Shown here in pieces: positions 54,701 through 63,615 of a DNA stretch of 64,000 nt. This DNA is from Massilia sp. Lineage in GTDB: Bacteria > Pseudomonadota > Gammaproteobacteria > Burkholderiales > Burkholderiaceae_D. The DNA is taken from contig JAKFDH010000138.1 in assembly GCA_036676245.1 (NCBI GenBank), forward strand, positions 44,391-108,390, read 5' to 3'. Numbering within the stretch: position 1 is the stretch's first letter; every line of letters starts with the position of its first letter. The notes below the pieces were generated by a model. The model saw only the letters and a list, made by a program, of their open reading frames with translations. It ran no database searches and had not been told where the DNA came from. A program made the position numbers and the translations under genes.

Positions 54701-54945
54701 TCCGACTTGCTGGACGGGCTGGCGCTGCCGACCGCCTTGCCGCTCGGGTCCGAATCCATCGAATTCGAGTTCCCGTACATCATCAAGACATTCGCCTTGG
54801 TGCTCGAGGTCAGGAACAGCGGGCTCTGGCTGAGCACCAGCGGCGCCGCATACGCTTGCGCCAGCGCCAGCTGCAGCAGCGTGAGCAGGCAGGCCTTGCG
54901 CGGCAAGCCGCGCCCACGGTACGCGTTCGGTTTCATGTCTTGCAC
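51739..54945 (-). CDS. pilY1: Type IV pilus tip adhesin PilY1
   Basis: vWA-like region (LITLTDGLP), LGDIVNSAP, YVGANDGMLH, YYVDG, YAGDQLGNMWKFD, Ca-binding DADNDVTVD, RLSWRQI; alternative ATG at 54936. Confidence 0.93.
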   Translation of the reverse strand: MQDMKPNAYRGRGLPRKACLLTLLQLALAQAYAAPLVLSQSPLFLTSSTKANVLMMYGNSNSMDSDPSGKAVGSASPSSKSEVARAAIKSVVNSYAGFINMGLMAYQQNALTTQFLHDSQYDVSYDPASYDPAFTGARNSATKKFRIPNPTSPGNFIHFNVNLPYYAGSNQGSAACFSTSACTDPAHDFKGSGAACNVPEHPVNGPWDGYACYKTKTGASNELALSGGYSNGLFNGSLSPTDSDLGQGITDFGKRLTWQMVSLAWFNNTSPGMGYLHVPVADLTTAHANKILTKLGTSQFGDNKPVDPAWPLQNAGLSPLEGTVLTANNYFAGTLTQATQGGPAAAPPNSCSKNFLITLTDGLPSVTRAGVASADVAANLSALTTQVAALKASASKTETYVVGFALPYGVSITQLDTIAQAGGSESAYNASDTATLNTAFANIFADIIAKTSAASAVALNSQAAAAGAHVYQAKFSSGDWSGQLLDYSLGANGALVKPALWDAGQKINSQLPNERVILTGKQAASPGDPVLGIPFRWPAAPATPGASEMAAAQSAWLSTNSGGANDGHGAARLDYLRGSAVNEGAAGLKWRKRPTSKLGDIVNSAPHYVGVPAANYALDGYAAFRTSVAARTKMIYVGANDGMLHGFDAATGLEKLAYVPSGLYPHLSKLTDASYAHRYYVDGSPNAGDAWYGSAWHTVLVSGMGVGGRGVVALDVTRPANFTEANAASLLNFEFTDADDADVGHVGGQVSIVKMNNGKWAALFGNGYNSGGSGESALFVVDIQSGALIAKIKTGEGSAATPNALAPPLAIDADNDVTVDVVYAGDQLGNMWKFDLSSANPNQWKVDYKLFKAPQPVTAAPDAGEHPKGGYMVYFGTGKYVEPSDVASAPGNAMYGIWDKGAAVGGGLLKQDFADVGAIGGEEYRTATARQIDWSVHNGWYAEFPGSAERVVSEPILRDGRVIVTSIIPSSTPCTPGGVSWLNEVDWLSGGLLVNPPFDTNNDGVIDGNDTRVQGRKLDSVASAPAIQRTPDPKKDLKLLNESSGEITSVTESASANLARRLSWRQIK

Positions 54946-54946
54946 C

Positions 54947-55474
54947 TCAAGGTTTGTAGAAGGTCGACTGCAGCAGCACCCGCGTGTTGGCCTGCTTGCC
55001 GAAGCCGAGCGCGGTGATGCGGAACGGCGTGCCTTTCAACTCGGCGCCGACGCTGTTGCCCAGCGGCGGCGTCATGTCGGGCAGCAATTCGATGAGGTAG
55101 CGCGGCTGGCGCGCGACCCCGCCCAGCGCGGCCGCGCCGGTGCCGTCGCCATAGGTGCCAGGCAGGGTTCCGTTCCAGTCGACGGTCTCGGCCAGCGCGC
55201 TGCCGTCGGCGGGCGGCAGGCACAGGCCGGCGCTGCAGCCCTCGGTGAAGGCCGAGGTCGACGTGAGGCTGGCGTTGACATAGCGTTCGGCGTCGCGCAG
55301 CGCCAGTTCGGCCGCCTCGAAGGCGAGCGTCTTGTCGGCGCTGCCGCCGGACATGCGTTCCTGCACCAGCGCCGACTTCATCGTCGTCAGCCCCATCAGG
55401 GTCAGCAGCACCAGCAGCACCAGGCACACCAGCAGCGCCGCGCCATCCTGTTTCGGTGGAAGGTGGTGTCGCAT
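54947..55474 (-). CDS. pilX: Type IV minor pilin PilX
   Basis: QDG|AALLVCLVLL (no Glu5), QERMS, AFEAAELALR, FRITALG. Confidence 0.9.
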   Translation of the reverse strand: MRHHLPPKQDGAALLVCLVLLVLLTLMGLTTMKSALVQERMSGGSADKTLAFEAAELALRDAERYVNASLTSTSAFTEGCSAGLCLPPADGSALAETVDWNGTLPGTYGDGTGAAALGGVARQPRYLIELLPDMTPPLGNSVGAELKGTPFRITALGFGKQANTRVLLQSTFYKP

Positions 55475-56478
55475 CAGTTGAGCCGGTTGCGCAGCGCGAT
55501 GGTGGTCGAGAACGGCGTATACATGCGCTTGTCGGGCGCGGTCGCCGCGGCGCCGTCGAAGTTGTAGGTCTGCGCCGTGCGCACCAGGTTGGCCTGCTGC
55601 GACTTGAGCAGCAGGCTGACCCGGATCGCGACCACGCGCGCGGCGCCGATCCCGTCGGCCGCGACGAACTGGTTGGCGAGCTGGTCGGCGTTGGTGTCGA
55701 TGCCGTATTCGAGCTGCATCTGTTCGACGCCGTCGGCGATCTCCTCGGCCGCCTTCAGGTTTTCCTGGCGCCACAGCGAGCGCCGGCCGGCCACGCCGCT
55801 GCCGGCGGCGGCGACGAAATAGCTGATCGTGGCCACCGGCGTGACGGTCGCGCCCTGCGTGTTCGAGAACACCCGGGTCAGCTTGGCTTCGATGTTCTTG
55901 CTGGCCGCGTGCACGATCTTCTTGTCGGCCGGGATCTGGGTGACGACGAACAGGTTGGCGTAGCTGCAATCGGAAACGATGGCCAGGCCGTCCACTTCCA
56001 GGCCGTCGACGCTGGCCAGCGGAATCGGCACGCTGGTGGTGTTCATCGTGTCCGACAGCGGCAAGCTGCGCCCGGTCGGGCCGCGCACCACCAGCACGTC
56101 GCTGCCGGCGACCGGGGCGTGGCCGCCCTGGCCGATGGCGGCGGGCAGCGCCGGGCTCCAGGCGCTGGCGCCGGCCTCGTGGCCGCCGACCAGCAGCGCG
56201 TAGGCGTTCTCGAAATCGGCCGGGTCGCGCACCAGGTTGACGAAGCGGCTGGGGAACATCTCGGCATTGAAGCAGCCCATGTAGCCGGCCATCCGGATAT
56301 CCTGTTCCATCATGCCGAGCGAAAAACGCGAATGTTCCTGGATCCGGGCGCGCCCGTCCGACACGCGGTACAGGCCGGCGCTCGAAATCATCACCATCGA
56401 GATGCCGCCGATCGCGACCAGGCCGACCGCCAGCGCGATCAGCAGTTCGGCGATCGAATAGCCGCGCTGGCGCCTCAT
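55474..56478 (-). CDS. pilW: Type IV minor pilin PilW
   Basis: RG|YSIAELLIA, DIRMAGYMGC, GVEQMQLEYG, TTIALRN. Confidence 0.92.
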   Translation of the reverse strand: MRRQRGYSIAELLIALAVGLVAIGGISMVMISSAGLYRVSDGRARIQEHSRFSLGMMEQDIRMAGYMGCFNAEMFPSRFVNLVRDPADFENAYALLVGGHEAGASAWSPALPAAIGQGGHAPVAGSDVLVVRGPTGRSLPLSDTMNTTSVPIPLASVDGLEVDGLAIVSDCSYANLFVVTQIPADKKIVHAASKNIEAKLTRVFSNTQGATVTPVATISYFVAAAGSGVAGRRSLWRQENLKAAEEIADGVEQMQLEYGIDTNADQLANQFVAADGIGAARVVAIRVSLLLKSQQANLVRTAQTYNFDGAAATAPDKRMYTPFSTTIALRNRLN

Positions 56479-57068
56479 GGCTCCACCATGCTCATCGTCA
56501 GCAGCTTGGGCGGGTTGGCGGCCGCGCTCTTCGGCCGCTCGGTCCACCACACCTTGATCGCCAGCACATTGCCGCTGCCGTCGCAGGCCGGGGCGGCCGG
56601 GGTCCCGTCTTCCGGCGTGCTGTCGATGCAGACCGCGCCGCGGCCTTGCGGCAGGCGGCCCGCCAGTTCCTGGCCCCAGTCCATCATGTCGTCGGCGGCC
56701 AGCTGCGCCGGGCTGCAGTCGGCCGGCGGCACATTGCGGCTGGCGTAGTGGGCCACGTGGCATTTGTGGTCGGCCGGCGTGGCGGCCGGATAGCCGGCGC
56801 CGGGGTTGGCCCGGATGCGCTCGGCCAGTTCGCTGGCCTTCATCGAGGCCACCGAGCGGAACTGGGCGCTGTCCATGCTGCCGAGCGAACTGATCTGGAG
56901 ACCGGCCACGCCCAGCATGCCGAACGCGAAGATGACCAGCGTGACCAGCACCTCGGCCAGGGTGAAGCCGCGCTGGCGGCGGGCGGCGGGGTTGAAGCCG
57001 CCCGGCGGGCGGCGGGCGGCGGGGTTGAAGCCGCCCGGCGGGCGGCGTGCGGCGCAGCGGTTCAGCAT
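56475..57068 (-). CDS. pilV: Type IV minor pilin PilV with a duplicated leader
   Basis: RG|FTLAEVLV, GMLGVAGLQ, LAERIRAN, LAADDMMDW. Confidence 0.9.
   Translation of the reverse strand: MLNRCAARRPPGGFNPAARRPPGGFNPAARRQRGFTLAEVLVTLVIFAFGMLGVAGLQISSLGSMDSAQFRSVASMKASELAERIRANPGAGYPAATPADHKCHVAHYASRNVPPADCSPAQLAADDMMDWGQELAGRLPQGRGAVCIDSTPEDGTPAAPACDGSGNVLAIKVWWTERPKSAAANPPKLLTMSMVEP
56975..57047. repeat. 33-bp tandem repeat (about 2.2 copies) inside the pilV leader
   Basis: GGCGGCGGGCGGCGGGGTTGAAGCCGCCCGGCG at 56975-57007 and 57008-57040, then 7 more matching bases. Confidence 0.9.
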
Positions 57069-57625
57069 GGGCTGCTCCCCTTGGCGGCGACGATGTAGCC
57101 ATTGCGCTGGACCGTCATCAGCAGCGGCGCCTGGCCAGACTTGCAGGTAGTGAACAGGATTGCACCGCTGCTGTCGACCTTGCCGTCGGCCTCGAAATAG
57201 ACATAGGTCTTGCCGTAGGCGCTGCCGCTGGCCTGCAGGGTGGCCGCGACGTCGATCCCGGCCGCGGCGGCCTGGGCGTAGCGCAGCACGGTGTCGCCGC
57301 TGTCGACGCTGCCCTTGGCGCCGCCGTCGCGGAACACGATGTGGCCCGCGTTCCAGGCGCTGGCGGTGCAGCTGCTGCCATTGCTGCTGGCGCACACCGT
57401 GGTCGGGCTGCCGCCGTTGCGCGCTTCCTCGCGCGCCAGCGTCATATTGTCCATCAGGCCCAGGTGCTGGGCCTCGATCCGGTATTTGGCGAGCATATTG
57501 CCGAAGCTGGGCGCGCCGACCCCGAGCACGATGGCGGCGATGACCATCACGACCACCAGTTCGACCAGCGTGAAGCCGCCTGCGCGCAAGGCGGCGGGGG
57601 GCGGCGGGTGGCGTGGCAAGGACAT
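57062..57625 (-). CDS. fimT: GspH/FimT/FimU-family minor pilin
   Basis: GG|FTLVELVVVM, GAPSF, LAREEA, TVCAS...C...W; first gene of the minor-pilin operon. Confidence 0.85.
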   Translation of the reverse strand: MSLPRHPPPPAALRAGGFTLVELVVVMVIAAIVLGVGAPSFGNMLAKYRIEAQHLGLMDNMTLAREEARNGGSPTTVCASSNGSSCTASAWNAGHIVFRDGGAKGSVDSGDTVLRYAQAAAAGIDVAATLQASGSAYGKTYVYFEADGKVDSSGAILFTTCKSGQAPLLMTVQRNGYIVAAKGSSPC

Positions 57626-57718
57626 GGCGGTCGGCAGTCTTCGGTTGTTGTTCAGTCGCTCACAGTTGTTGCAATAGTATAAATATGGCAACACCGGATT
57701 GCTTATATTACCCTACGG

Positions 57719-57739
57719 AAACTCATCCTGGATGAGTTT
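57719..57739. promoter_or_regulatory. Perfect 21-bp palindrome, candidate operator upstream of fimT
   Basis: AAACTCATCC-T-GGATGAGTTT in an AT-rich intergenic region. Confidence 0.45.
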
Positions 57740-57854
57740 TTGCGCACGTTGGTGGTATTTTGCCGACATTTGGCAAAAGGAGATGGCTTAAGGCAACATT
57801 TCAGCACAGCCGCCGCGCAGCCTGGCGCGGGCGGCGGCGGACAAGGGCGATCGC

Positions 57855-60800
57855 TCAGTGCGGCGCGGCGGGGGCGCCGGCGGCCGCGTCGCGCGCCGCC
57901 ATCTGGCTGTCGCTCATCGGGCCGGTGCCGCTGAAGCGGTCCAGGAACAGGTAGATCACCGGCGTGATGTACAAGGTGATGACTTGCGAGAACAGCAGGC
58001 CGCCGACCACGGCCAGGCCGAGCGGCTGGCGCAGTTCGGCGCCGGCGCCCATGCCGAGCGCGATCGGCAGCGCCCCCATCAGCGCGGCCAGCGTGGTCAT
58101 CATGATCGGGCGGAAGCGCAGGATGCACGCTTCGCGGATCGCCGCGGCCGGCGCCAGGCCGCCGCTGCGCTGGGCGTCGAGGGCGAAGTCGATCATCATG
58201 ATCGCGTTCTTCTTGACGATCCCGATCAGCATCAGGATGCCGATGATCGCGATCATGGTCAGGTCGAGTCCGAAGATGCGCAGGGTCAGCAGCGCCCCGA
58301 CGGCGGCCGACGGCAGCCCGGCCAGGATCGTCAGCGGATGGATGAAGCTCTCGTACAGCACGCCGAGCAGCACATAGATGACGCCCAGCGCGGCGACGAT
58401 CAGGATCACCTGGCTCGCTTGCGAATCCTGGAACACCGCCGCGTCGCCGCCGTACTTGGTGATCACCGAGGCCGGCAGCTTCATCTCGATGCCCATGCGG
58501 TCGATCTTCCCGGTGGCCACCCCGAGCGGGGTTTCGGGCGCCAGGTTGAACGACAGCGTGATCGCCTGCAGCTGGCCCTGATGGTTGACCGAGGTCGGCC
58601 CCACCGTGCGCCGGACCGCGACGAAGGACGACAGCTGCACCAGCTGGCCGCCCATGCTGCGCACCGATACCCGGCCCAGCGCGTCGTCGAACTGGCGGTC
58701 GGCGGCATCGGCTTCCAGGATCACCGAATAGCTGGCGGCCGGGCCGTAGATGGTCGACACCTTGCGCTCGCCGAAAGAGGCGTACAGCGCGGTGCGCACG
58801 TCGGCGATCTGCACGCCGAGCGAACTGGCCTTGTCGCGGTCGATGTCGAGCGTGGCCTGCAGGCCGCGGTTCTGCGAATCGCTGGTCACGTCGCGGAAGG
58901 CCGGATCGGCGCGCATCCGCTCCAGGTATTTGCCGGCCCAGTCATTGAGCGAATCGGAGCTCACGCTTTGCAGCGTGTACTGGTAGCGGCTCTTGCTCGG
59001 GCGCCCGCCCAGCTGCAGGTTCTGCACCGGGCTGATGAACACCTGCACGCCGGCCACCTGGCGCGTCGCCTTGCGCAGGCCGTCGATGACTTCGGGCTGC
59101 TTCTTGCGCTCGCCGCGCGCCTTGAGCACGACGAACATGCGGCCGGTATTGCCGCCGCCGATGAACGAGGTGACATCCTTGACGTTGGGGTCGGCGATGA
59201 AGATCGCGGCGACCTTGTCCTGCAGCAGCGCCATCGCCGCCGACGAGGTGTCTTCCGACGCTTCGACCGTCACCCGCATCTGCCCCAGGTCTTCCTCGGG
59301 GAAGAAACCCTTCGGGATCTCGATGTACATCCAGATCGTCAGCACGAAGGTGCCCAGCGCGATCAGCAGCACCACGGTGCGGTGCGCCAGCGCGATGTCG
59401 AGCGTGCGCGCGTAGCCGTTGCGCACCTTGGTGAAGCCGCGCTCGAAGTGGCGGCCGATCAAAGTCTTTTCTTCGTGCGCATTCGGGTCGTGCGGCGGCA
59501 GCAGGCGGCTGGCCAGCATCGGCACCAGGGTCAGCGACACCAGCGCCGACACCAGCACCGACAGCCCGACCACGACCGCGAATTCATGGAACAGCAGGCC
59601 GATCACGCCCGGCATGAAGAAGATCGGGATGAACACCGCCACCAGCGAGATCGAGATCGACACGATGGTGAAGCCCATCTCGCGTGCGCCGGTCAGCGCC
59701 GCCTCGATCGGCTTCTTGCCCATCTCGGTGTGGCGCACGATATTCTCCAGCACCACGATCGCGTCGTCGACCACCAGGCCGACCGCCAGCGTGATGCCGA
59801 GCAGGGACACGTTGTCCAGGCTGTAGCCGAGCCAGTACAGCAGCGACAGCGCGCCGAGCAGCGAGATCGGCATCGTCACCGCCGGGATGAAGGTGGCCGA
59901 CAGGCGGTGCAGGAACAGGAAGATCACCAGCACCACCAGCGCCACCGTCAGGCCGAGGGTCAGGTTGACGTCGTGGATCGCCTCGCGGATCGACACCGAG
60001 CGGTCGTTGACGAGGCTGATCTTGATCGAGGCCGGCAACTGGGCCTGGAAGCGCGGCATCAGCTCGCGCACCGCGTCCACCACCTGCACCGTGTTGGCGT
60101 TCGGCTGGCGCTGCAGCAGCAGCACGATCGAGCGTTCGCCATTCAGGCTGCCGGCGGTCTTGACCGACTGGTAGCTGTCCTCGACGGTGGCGACATCCTT
60201 CAGGCGCACCGGCTCGCCGTTGCGGGTGGCGACGATCAGCTCGGCGAATTCGGCCGCCTTCATCAGCTGGGCATTGCCCTGGATCGTCAGGATCTGGCTG
60301 GGGCCGTCGAGGATGCCGAGCGGCGCGTTCGAGTTGGCCGCGCGCAGCGCCTGCGCCAGTTCATCGAGCGACAGGTTGCGCGCGTTCATCAGGTCGGCGC
60401 GGGTGCGCACCCGCACCGCGAAGCGCTTCTGGCCGTTGACGTTGACCTGGGCCACGCCGGGCAAGGTCGACAGGCTGGGCGCGATCAGGTTCTCGGCATA
60501 GTCGTTCAGCTCCGACAGGTTCAGCGACGGCGACGTCATGTGCATGAACAGCACCGGCGCGTCGGCCGGGTTGACCTTGCGGTAGGACGGCAGCTCGGTC
60601 ATCTCCTGCGGCAGCTGGCGCTGGGCGCCGAGCAGCGCGGCCTGGACGTCGACCGCGGCCGCGTTGACGTCGATGCTGGCGTCGAATTCGAGCGTCAGCG
60701 AGGTCTGGCCCTGGGTGCTGGTGGAGGTGATCAGCTTGATGCCGGCGATCGTCGAGAACTGCTTCTCGAGCGGCAGCGCGACCGAGGACGCCATCGTCTC

Positions 60801-60968
60801 CGGGCTGGCGCCGGACAGGTTGGCCGAGACGTTGATGACCGGCGTGTTATAGCTCGGCAGCGCCGCGACCGGGATGTTCGCATACGACAGCACGCCGACC
60901 AGCACCAGGCTGATCGACAGCAGGATCACCATCACCGGGCGGCGGATGCACAGTTCGGACAGGTTCAT
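57855..60968 (-). CDS. RND efflux permease (MdtB/MdtC-like)
   Basis: ATG at 60968; VVDDAIVVLEN, GIVKKNAIMMIDF, RFRPIMMTT, LRQPLG. Confidence 0.93.
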   Translation of the reverse strand: MNLSELCIRRPVMVILLSISLVLVGVLSYANIPVAALPSYNTPVINVSANLSGASPETMASSVALPLEKQFSTIAGIKLITSTSTQGQTSLTLEFDASIDVNAAAVDVQAALLGAQRQLPQEMTELPSYRKVNPADAPVLFMHMTSPSLNLSELNDYAENLIAPSLSTLPGVAQVNVNGQKRFAVRVRTRADLMNARNLSLDELAQALRAANSNAPLGILDGPSQILTIQGNAQLMKAAEFAELIVATRNGEPVRLKDVATVEDSYQSVKTAGSLNGERSIVLLLQRQPNANTVQVVDAVRELMPRFQAQLPASIKISLVNDRSVSIREAIHDVNLTLGLTVALVVLVIFLFLHRLSATFIPAVTMPISLLGALSLLYWLGYSLDNVSLLGITLAVGLVVDDAIVVLENIVRHTEMGKKPIEAALTGAREMGFTIVSISISLVAVFIPIFFMPGVIGLLFHEFAVVVGLSVLVSALVSLTLVPMLASRLLPPHDPNAHEEKTLIGRHFERGFTKVRNGYARTLDIALAHRTVVLLIALGTFVLTIWMYIEIPKGFFPEEDLGQMRVTVEASEDTSSAAMALLQDKVAAIFIADPNVKDVTSFIGGGNTGRMFVVLKARGERKKQPEVIDGLRKATRQVAGVQVFISPVQNLQLGGRPSKSRYQYTLQSVSSDSLNDWAGKYLERMRADPAFRDVTSDSQNRGLQATLDIDRDKASSLGVQIADVRTALYASFGERKVSTIYGPAASYSVILEADAADRQFDDALGRVSVRSMGGQLVQLSSFVAVRRTVGPTSVNHQGQLQAITLSFNLAPETPLGVATGKIDRMGIEMKLPASVITKYGGDAAVFQDSQASQVILIVAALGVIYVLLGVLYESFIHPLTILAGLPSAAVGALLTLRIFGLDLTMIAIIGILMLIGIVKKNAIMMIDFALDAQRSGGLAPAAAIREACILRFRPIMMTTLAALMGALPIALGMGAGAELRQPLGLAVVGGLLFSQVITLYITPVIYLFLDRFSGTGPMSDSQMAARDAAAGAPAAPH

Positions 60969-62143
60969 GCGGACCTGTCCTTCTTGCCCTTGCCGCCGCC
61001 TTGTTTGCCTTCGGCCGGCTCGGCCAGCTTGATCTTGCCGCCCGGGCGCAGGTTCTGCTTGCCCTCGGTGATGACCTTTTCGGTGCCGGCCAGGCCGGTG
61101 ACGACCGCGTCCAGGCCCTGCCCCAGCACCCGCGCCACCGGCACCAGGCGCGCGCTCTGGTCGGGATCGACCACGTAGACGAAAGTGCCCTTGGCGTTGA
61201 TGATGATGGCCGCCTGCGGCACCACCACCGCGTCCTTCAGGGTCCGCACCGTGATGCGCGCGTTCACGTACTGGCCCGGCCACAGGCCGTTGTCCTTGTT
61301 GGCAAAGCGCGCCTTGACCCGGATCACGCCGGCTTCGCGGTCGACCGCATTGTCGATGAAACTGAGCTCGCCGGTATGCGCCGGCGCGCCCGGCGCCACG
61401 CTCGCCTCGACCGCGACCTTGCCGCGGCCCTGGGCCGCCATCAGGTCCGGCAGCGCCGCTTCGGGCAAGGTGAAGGCGACGTCGATCGGATCGATCTGGG
61501 TCACCACCGCGAGCGAGGTGGCCGGCTGCACCAGGCTGCCCGGATAGACGGCGATGGCGCCGACCCGGCCCGCCATCGGCGCCCGGATCGAGGTGTAGCT
61601 GGCGCTGACCTTGCCCGCCTGGAGCGCCGCCTGGCTGCTTGCCACCAGCGCGCGCGCCGACTCGACCTGGCTGCGCAGGGTGTCGACGGCGCTCTGGGCG
61701 ATGAACTTCTGGGCGAACAATTCCGTGCTGCGCTTGTGCTGGCGTTCGAGGTCGGCCAGGGCCGCCTGGTCGCGCGCGACCTGGGCCTGGGCCTGGTCGA
61801 CATTGGCGCGGTCGCTGCGGTCGTCCAGCGTGAACATCAGTTCACCGGCCTTGACGAACTGGCCCTCGCGGATATGGACCTTGCGGATCGTGCTGGTGGT
61901 CTGCGGGTGCAGGTCGACGCTGCTGGCCGGGGTCACGCTGCCGGTGGCCTGGATCATGACCGGCACGTCGCGCCGCTGCGGCGCCACCACATTGACCACG
62001 GTCGGCGGCTGGGCGCCCCCGCCCTTGCCGCCCGCCTGGGTCGCATCCGCATGGTATTTGCCGCCGTCCTGCGCCAAATACCATGCGCCGGCGCCGGCCA
62101 GCGCCAGCACCACTGCGATCCACGCCATCTTCTTTTGTTTCAT
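60965..62143 (-). CDS. RND periplasmic adaptor (membrane fusion protein)
   Basis: N-terminal anchor, EGQFVKAGE, IRAPMAG, IDNAVD, LWPGQYV; ATGA overlap with the permease. Confidence 0.92.
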   Translation of the reverse strand: MKQKKMAWIAVVLALAGAGAWYLAQDGGKYHADATQAGGKGGGAQPPTVVNVVAPQRRDVPVMIQATGSVTPASSVDLHPQTTSTIRKVHIREGQFVKAGELMFTLDDRSDRANVDQAQAQVARDQAALADLERQHKRSTELFAQKFIAQSAVDTLRSQVESARALVASSQAALQAGKVSASYTSIRAPMAGRVGAIAVYPGSLVQPATSLAVVTQIDPIDVAFTLPEAALPDLMAAQGRGKVAVEASVAPGAPAHTGELSFIDNAVDREAGVIRVKARFANKDNGLWPGQYVNARITVRTLKDAVVVPQAAIIINAKGTFVYVVDPDQSARLVPVARVLGQGLDAVVTGLAGTEKVITEGKQNLRPGGKIKLAEPAEGKQGGGKGKKDRSA

Positions 62144-62250
62144 TCCCGTCCCTGGCCGCGCTTTGTGCGCTTGTTTATGATGAAATTGTTAATTTTCGGG
62201 GCAAGGCCGCGGCGGCATGCGCCGCGGCGCCGCTGGCAGCTCCGCGTGAA

Positions 62251-63615
62251 TCATTTGCCGGCGTAGCACTCCGGCAGCTTGAGGGTGACTTCGAGGCCGC
62301 CGTCCGGATGGTTGGCCAGCGCGATGCTGCCGCCGTGCTGCTCGGCGATGTTGCGCGCAATCGGCAGCCCGAGGCCGGTGCCGCCCGACTCGCGCGAGCG
62401 CGAGGTCTCGACCCTGTAGAACGGCTCGAACACGCGCGCCAGCTCGCCCGGCGCGATGCCGGGGCCGTTGTCGCGGATCGTCACGCGCGCCGCGCCGGCC
62501 ACCCGCTCCACCGTCACGTGCGCCTGCTGGCCGTACTTGACCGCGTTGTCGATCAGGTTGACCAGGCAGCGCCGCAGCGCCATCGGGCGTCCCATCAGCG
62601 CCATGCTGGCGCGCCCGGCGAGGGTCACCTGCTGGCGCGCATCGGTGGCGTCGGACACCACGGTGTCGAGCAGGGCGTCGAGGTCGAGCGCCTGCATCGC
62701 TTCGCTGGTGTCGATCGAACGCGCCAGGTCGAGGCCCTCGCGCACCATCTGCTGCATCGCCGACAGGTCGCCGACCAGGCGTTCGTGCAGTTCGGGGTCG
62801 CTGACCTTTTCGAGGCGCAGGCGGATCCGCGTGAGCGGCGTCTGCAGGTCGTGGGTGATCGCGGCCAGCATCTGGGTGCGCTGGAAGATGTACTGGCGGA
62901 TACGCGCCTGCATCGCATTGAAGGCGGCGCTGGCCTGGCGGATTTCGCTGGCGCCGGTCAGCTCCAGCGGCGGGTGGTTGATGTCGTTGCCGAGGTCCTT
63001 GGCGGCCTGCGCCAGTTGCTCGAGGGGGCGCGTCGTCATGCGCGCGACCAGGTAGGACAGCAGCGCGATACTGACCAGGAACAGGGCCACGATCAGGCGG
63101 TAGTCGGTCTTGATCGCGACCACCGACGGCGGCGGCGGCAGCACCTGCAGGCGCAGCTGTTCGCCGTCCGGCAGGCGCACATTGATCGATTCGCACACGC
63201 CGCCCCACTTGCCCTCGGTCGGGCCGAACATGCTGTTCTGGACGCGCGGCTTGTCGCAGGCGGCCGGACGGGCCACGATCGATTCGAACCTGTAGCCCTT
63301 GGCCAGGCGCTTGGCGAGGGCCTGGGTGAATTCGGACGGCGCCGCGCGCACCGGCAGCGCCTCGGTGATTTCCTCGAGGCGGACGCCGGGCCGGTTGGCC
63401 ACCGCCAGGTAAGCCAGGCGGGCCGACGCCGGCACCACTTCGGCCGCCGTCACCAGCTGTTCCGAGCGGTCCAGCGCATGCATGTCGCGGTAGGCTTCGA
63501 TCACGCTCTGGCGCTCGTTCTCGGCCAGCAGCTGGGTCAGCACCGCCGAGATCACCGTGCCCAGGAACAGGGTCAGGAACACGCGTCCGGTCATCGAGCC
63601 GAAGAAGGCCCTCAC
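62251..63615 (-). CDS. EnvZ-like sensor histidine kinase (HAMP, HisKA, HATPase_c)
   Basis: AAITHDLQTPLTR, NLIDNAVKYG, DNGPG, GGTGLGL. Confidence 0.93.
   Translation of the reverse strand: MRAFFGSMTGRVFLTLFLGTVISAVLTQLLAENERQSVIEAYRDMHALDRSEQLVTAAEVVPASARLAYLAVANRPGVRLEEITEALPVRAAPSEFTQALAKRLAKGYRFESIVARPAACDKPRVQNSMFGPTEGKWGGVCESINVRLPDGEQLRLQVLPPPPSVVAIKTDYRLIVALFLVSIALLSYLVARMTTRPLEQLAQAAKDLGNDINHPPLELTGASEIRQASAAFNAMQARIRQYIFQRTQMLAAITHDLQTPLTRIRLRLEKVSDPELHERLVGDLSAMQQMVREGLDLARSIDTSEAMQALDLDALLDTVVSDATDARQQVTLAGRASMALMGRPMALRRCLVNLIDNAVKYGQQAHVTVERVAGAARVTIRDNGPGIAPGELARVFEPFYRVETSRSRESGGTGLGLPIARNIAEQHGGSIALANHPDGGLEVTLKLPECYAGK

Noticed and set aside
57686-57704. TGGC...TTGC as a sigma54 promoter
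   Set aside because: GG-to-GC spacing is 12 rather than 10, and it points away from the pilin operon
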